NCBI GenBank assembly: GCA_013239625.1 | Contig: MU054323.1 | Coordinates: 19,799,082-19,863,081 of the forward strand | Length of the DNA: 64,000 nt | Direction of reading: 5' to 3' | From: Lama guanicoe | Taxonomy: Eukaryota | In this document: positions 59,691 to 64,000 of the stretch, one piece after another | How the letters are laid out: each line of letters begins with the position of its first letter | How positions within the stretch are numbered: position 1 is the stretch's first letter | The notes under the pieces: generated by a model | The model's input: the letters and a program-made list of their open reading frames with translations, nothing else | What the model was told of the DNA's origin: nothing | Database searches by the model: none | Position numbers and translations under genes: made by a program

Positions 59691-61879
59691 CACATGTAGA
59701 ACTTCTGGCGGGTAACCTGCCGTGGGGAAATCAACTCCTAGGGTCTCTGACTAGAGATGAGAATGACCCCACTTCAGCCTTCAGCTGCCTTTCACAGTGA
59801 GGAAGACTTTGCTGTAACACCCACTGGCCTCAGGCAGATCGGAGTGATTACAGCCTAACTGAACTTGACGGCTTTCCTGAGAGGGCCAGGCAGCCTACTC
59901 CACGTCCCCAGTGTATAGAGGAACAAACTATCCAAAGAAGAAGGACTCTGAATGGACTGGATGCAGTCACCGAGGTCAGCCCTTCCTGTGTGATTTCAGG
60001 GCCACAAGGAGCCCCAAGTGGTCTTCTTACTGAAAGGAAACCATGAAGGAACCATTGTACTTAACACAGAACCAGATGTGGGCTGAAATTTACACAGGTC
60101 ACTGGTATCTCACCTTGGGCCGTGAGCCAACATGACCCAGAGGTATATTTTGTGTGCCTTTCCTAGCATTTTTTCAAAGTTAATTACCAAACATTTAAAA
60201 TTGGAAGCTTGTACAGAAATATCTGGATTCTTTAGCTTCTCTGTCCCAGTTTTAAGAGCTGGCCACACTGACATGCACTGTGCAGGCTACCATAGTGCCA
60301 GCCATCCCCTCCTGTCTTTTACTACCCTCCTCCTGCTTGGCCCATTGGCATTTTGACCAGTTACACTCAACAGTTACCTCTCCAGTGAGTAACTGCATTT
60401 ACGTGAGGGAGATAGGGGTCAGCAAATTTAAATGCCAATTTTCTTGAAAGCTGGATAAGGAAGAATAATTGAAGTAAGTTAAAGTGGGGATAGGAAAGAA
60501 AGTGGGGCTCCCCTAGACAAGGCATCAGGCCTTATCAGAGCAGAGCAGATTTCTGAGGTCCTAGAAGAGGTGAGAAATTGGTGTTCGACCAGCTGACGTG
60601 GATGTCAGAGTATCACCTATTTCCCGGGAGCTCATCCTTTTATTTACCTCAGCAAACACCGTGGTTTTATTAGCATCCTGGGCTCCCTTCCCCAAACCTC
60701 CTTCTGGAAGTGCCGTGGAGATTTTCCAGAAACAAACCCTGGAGGTGATTAGAGGGCTGCCGTCTCAGGCTATGAGCTAGCCCAAAGAGGGTCTGGCTTT
60801 CAACCAGGACAGAGCTAATCCCAGAAGAGAAGCTGAATGAAGACAGGGACCAAGTGATTAACTGGGGTTGAGCAGCCAGGAACTGAAGCACGATCTCATT
60901 CACCAAGATGGTGAGCAGCTGTGCTCTCTGAAATGTGGACCACATGAGGGGAAACCACCTTCCCCGGACTTGGAAGCTTTCCTGCCAAAGCAATTTATTG
61001 TGCAGGCAGAGAGGAGAAGAGGTTTTGAATGAAGATGCAAGCACAGATGAGACAGCCTTAGACGGACTGCCTGCTAGACCTCGGGACCCCCTCACGCTTC
61101 CCAAAATGCCCATCTGGGAGGGTTTCAGCCCTGTGAATATTTGAACCCAGACTTTTTTGGCAGTAGTCCATGGGACAAGTGTGTCAACAGAGCCCCGGAT
61201 GTGTACACTGGGTGTGGAGGGGGTGGATGTGATGAAGTACTTTGAGGGCATTTAGAGAAACAGGAAATTCAGTTACCAGACAGGAAGGTCTGTCCGACTT
61301 CTTTCAGAATCAGTGGATAACATGGCAGTCAGAATCGTCACAACTGTTAGGTGCAGCCTTTGGAAAAGGCGAAAAATTAGAGAGCAGGAAATGAGTAGGA
61401 GAGGCCCCTCCAGGGAGTTGCCAAGCTGGGTCAGGGGCACACTATTCAGAGAGTCTCCTCTCACCTGCCCACCTCATCAGGAGCCCCTGAAATCCCAGCA
61501 CTCAGCCTTGCCACCATCATCTGCTGTGTATCCAGTGTCCTTGTCCCTGTGTATGTCAGTCCTGAAATCTCCTAGGTCACCTCATGTCCAGGTCTCCAAT
61601 TCCCAGGAGGCCCTGTCTTTCCCTATTGTGTGGCTTCTCCCACCTCCTCTGCTCCTGAAACTCTTTCTCCTTGACCTCTGGGGTTCATAATCCATGATTA
61701 GCAAAATCTCCTTTATCCTCAACCTGTGTGTGCTGCTGCCCCCACAGCCTTCTCCAGCAGGGACTGACTTTTCTCTCACGGCTCTCATCAGTAGGCCTGG
61801 AGGTGAGAGAAGTGTCCTTACACCTCAGTATCACTTTTAGAAGTATTCCCTTACACACCATGTTGAATTTCATGTCATC

Positions 61880-64000
61880 AGATGTTATCAATCATTACTG
61901 TCTTCTCCTGACCCTCAGAGGTCATTTTTCAGTTACTCTAGATCTCTGTTCACCGTCACTCTCTCCAATAGTGTCTTGACTCTTGATGATTCAATATGCA
62001 CCTAGATGACCCTTCCAATACCCAAGCCTCTCAGTCCCTGAACTTCTCTGATGATCTTCCCTCTACTCAACCCGTAGTTGTGATTACACAAAACTGCAGT
62101 TCTTCCATAATCTCAGTTTCATTCATCCTACTGACTCCAGCCTCCTAACTTTCCAGCTCACCTCCTTCCCAATCCCAAACATCCTCTGACCCACTGGAAC
62201 CCTCCAGTCAATTGATCCCACCACCCTTCACTGTTGCCCACCCCTGCCCGATGTCCCACTCCCCTCCTGACTCAGTGTAAATGTCATGGCCATACTTAGC
62301 TAGAGAAATACACACACACAACCACGCGGCGTGATCGCGTTTGAAGTTCATGATGATGAAACTTAAGTGGGCCGTTAATGCTGTCCAACAGTCATGCATG
62401 TGTTTCCCTGACCCGTAAACTCACCTATGCTCCTGGATGACAGTTTCATACCTTCTTTTCTCTTCTCAAACCCTTAATATTTCCTTCTCATTCTCACACT
62501 TAGCTGAATTCTAAAAGAATCTAATTGGATTCTTTTTTCACTGGGAAAATAGAAGCAACCAGAGGAAAAGTCTGCAGATTCCCACTATCACATTCACTCC
62601 CTGTCCAGCAGCTGCATCTTCGTACTTCGCCTTTTCACCATCATCAGGAGTGACCCATCCATCCAAAGCAAATTCCTCCACTTGTGCATGCATTCCAGTC
62701 CCTTTCACCGACCCACAGACATTACTCAGTGACTCTTCCTTTTCTCTCCTACGCCAAATTGTTACTCTCTCCTGGATTCGTTCCATCAGCACACAAACAT
62801 GTTATTATTTAAAACAAAAACAAAAACAAAACAAAAACAAAGCCTTTTAATGACTGTACTTCCCTTGGCAGCCTCTGTCCCATTTGCTCCCCTTCAGAGC
62901 AGATTCCTCAGAAGGATCATTCCCACTTGCTATGTCCAATTCCTCTCCTCCAGTTCCCTCTGAAACCAACCCCAAATCAGGCCTATCCCCTTCATTGCTC
63001 CACAGAAGTTTTTGTGATCAGAGTTACCATGACTTACTAAATCCAATGGTCAGTTCTCAGTTCTTATCTTCCTGATTAATAGCATCTGATAGAATCAACC
63101 AGGTCCTCCTGATACTCTTCCTTCCCTAGGCTTCCAGCGCACCTCGCTCTCTTGGTTTTCCTCCTATCTCACTGCTCCCACCTTCTTGGTCTCTTTCTGG
63201 CTCCTCCTCTTCTCCCTGACCTCTAATATTGAAGTGCCTGGGGCTCAAACCTCAGTCCTCTACTCTTCTGTATCCACCTCTTTTGATGATCTCATCCAGA
63301 TATGGAGTTTTAAATACAATTAATATCCCCATGACCCACACTTAGACTCCTAGTTCAGACCTCTTCTCTGAACCCTAGACTCATATATCCAACTGTCTGC
63401 TCCATATCTCCAAAGTCAAGACATCCAATAGTAAACTCTCGAGATGCTCCCCGAACTTGATCTACCTGCAGTCTTTCCCATCACAATGGGATGGCCATTC
63501 TGTTCCCTCAGTGGCTCAGGCCAAAAACACTGAGTTATCCTTGACTCCTGTCTTCCTCTCCCACGTACATCAGATCTGACAGGAATTAGCTCTAACGACA
63601 GAATGCACCCAGAATCCAACCACTTCTTACCTCCTTCATGACTGCCGTCCTTGTCTAAGCCACCACCACCATCCCTTACCTGGATTACTGCTCTGGCCTC
63701 CTGTCGAGTCTCCCTGCTTTTGCTCTTGCCTTCAACACGGCAGCCAGAGTGATCCTTAGATCAGAGCACTTTCTAATCAGAACCCTTCAAAAACCTCCTC
63801 TCCCTTATTTCTTGTAAGGTTACCTTTTAACAACTCTTGGTGTAAAAACCAAAGTCTTTACAATGGCCAAGGAGGTCCTGCGCTGTCTGCCCGCTCCTCC
63901 CACCACTCACTCTGTCTTTCTCTTTGCGTGCTCTCTTCCTCACTCATTCTGGGAGTCCAGCCTCCTTGATACTCCTCAGACATACCAGGTGTGTTCCCAC
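61880..64000 (+). mobile_element. Long ancient L2 LINE fragment (degenerate ORF2/RT region toward the 3' end)
   Basis: C/T-rich L2-like text; degenerate GVPQGS..LF..Y..DLIQ..FKY..Y.DD region near 63230-63335. Confidence 0.8.

Noticed and set aside
1..64000. CRISPR arrays, operons, rRNA or prokaryotic defence systems
   Set aside because: This is eukaryotic intron/exon and retroposon sequence, with no regularly spaced repeat-spacer array

Overview
Mammalian genomic DNA, most likely a camelid: there are five copies of a short tRNA-Ala(AGC)-derived SINE resembling the camelid Vic-1 family, plus cetartiodactyl-type L1 3' ends. The only protein-coding gene I can support is PKDCC (VLK, secreted/lumenal tyrosine kinase) on the + strand. 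It has 7 coding exons (10726-19793) that splice with GT-AG boundaries into 1482 nt / 493 aa, and it starts in a CpG island containing a 63-N assembly gap. The rest is intergenic. It holds an RPL29 processed retrocopy nested in an old L1, many MIR/L2/L1/LTR/DNA-transposon fragments, and an orphan CpG island at ~57 kb. I found no new multi-gene system. The best leads are regulatory: an in-frame 19-codon uORF ahead of PKDCC; dense HOX/PBX/FOX/SOX motif clusters; a divergent CTCF pair at 43.0 and 52.7 kb; a candidate spliced transcript from the orphan CpG island; and an RPL29 retrocopy with an unbroken, C-terminally extended frame. Repeat family names and cross-species comparisons are from memory, not database searches, and old-repeat boundaries are approximate.
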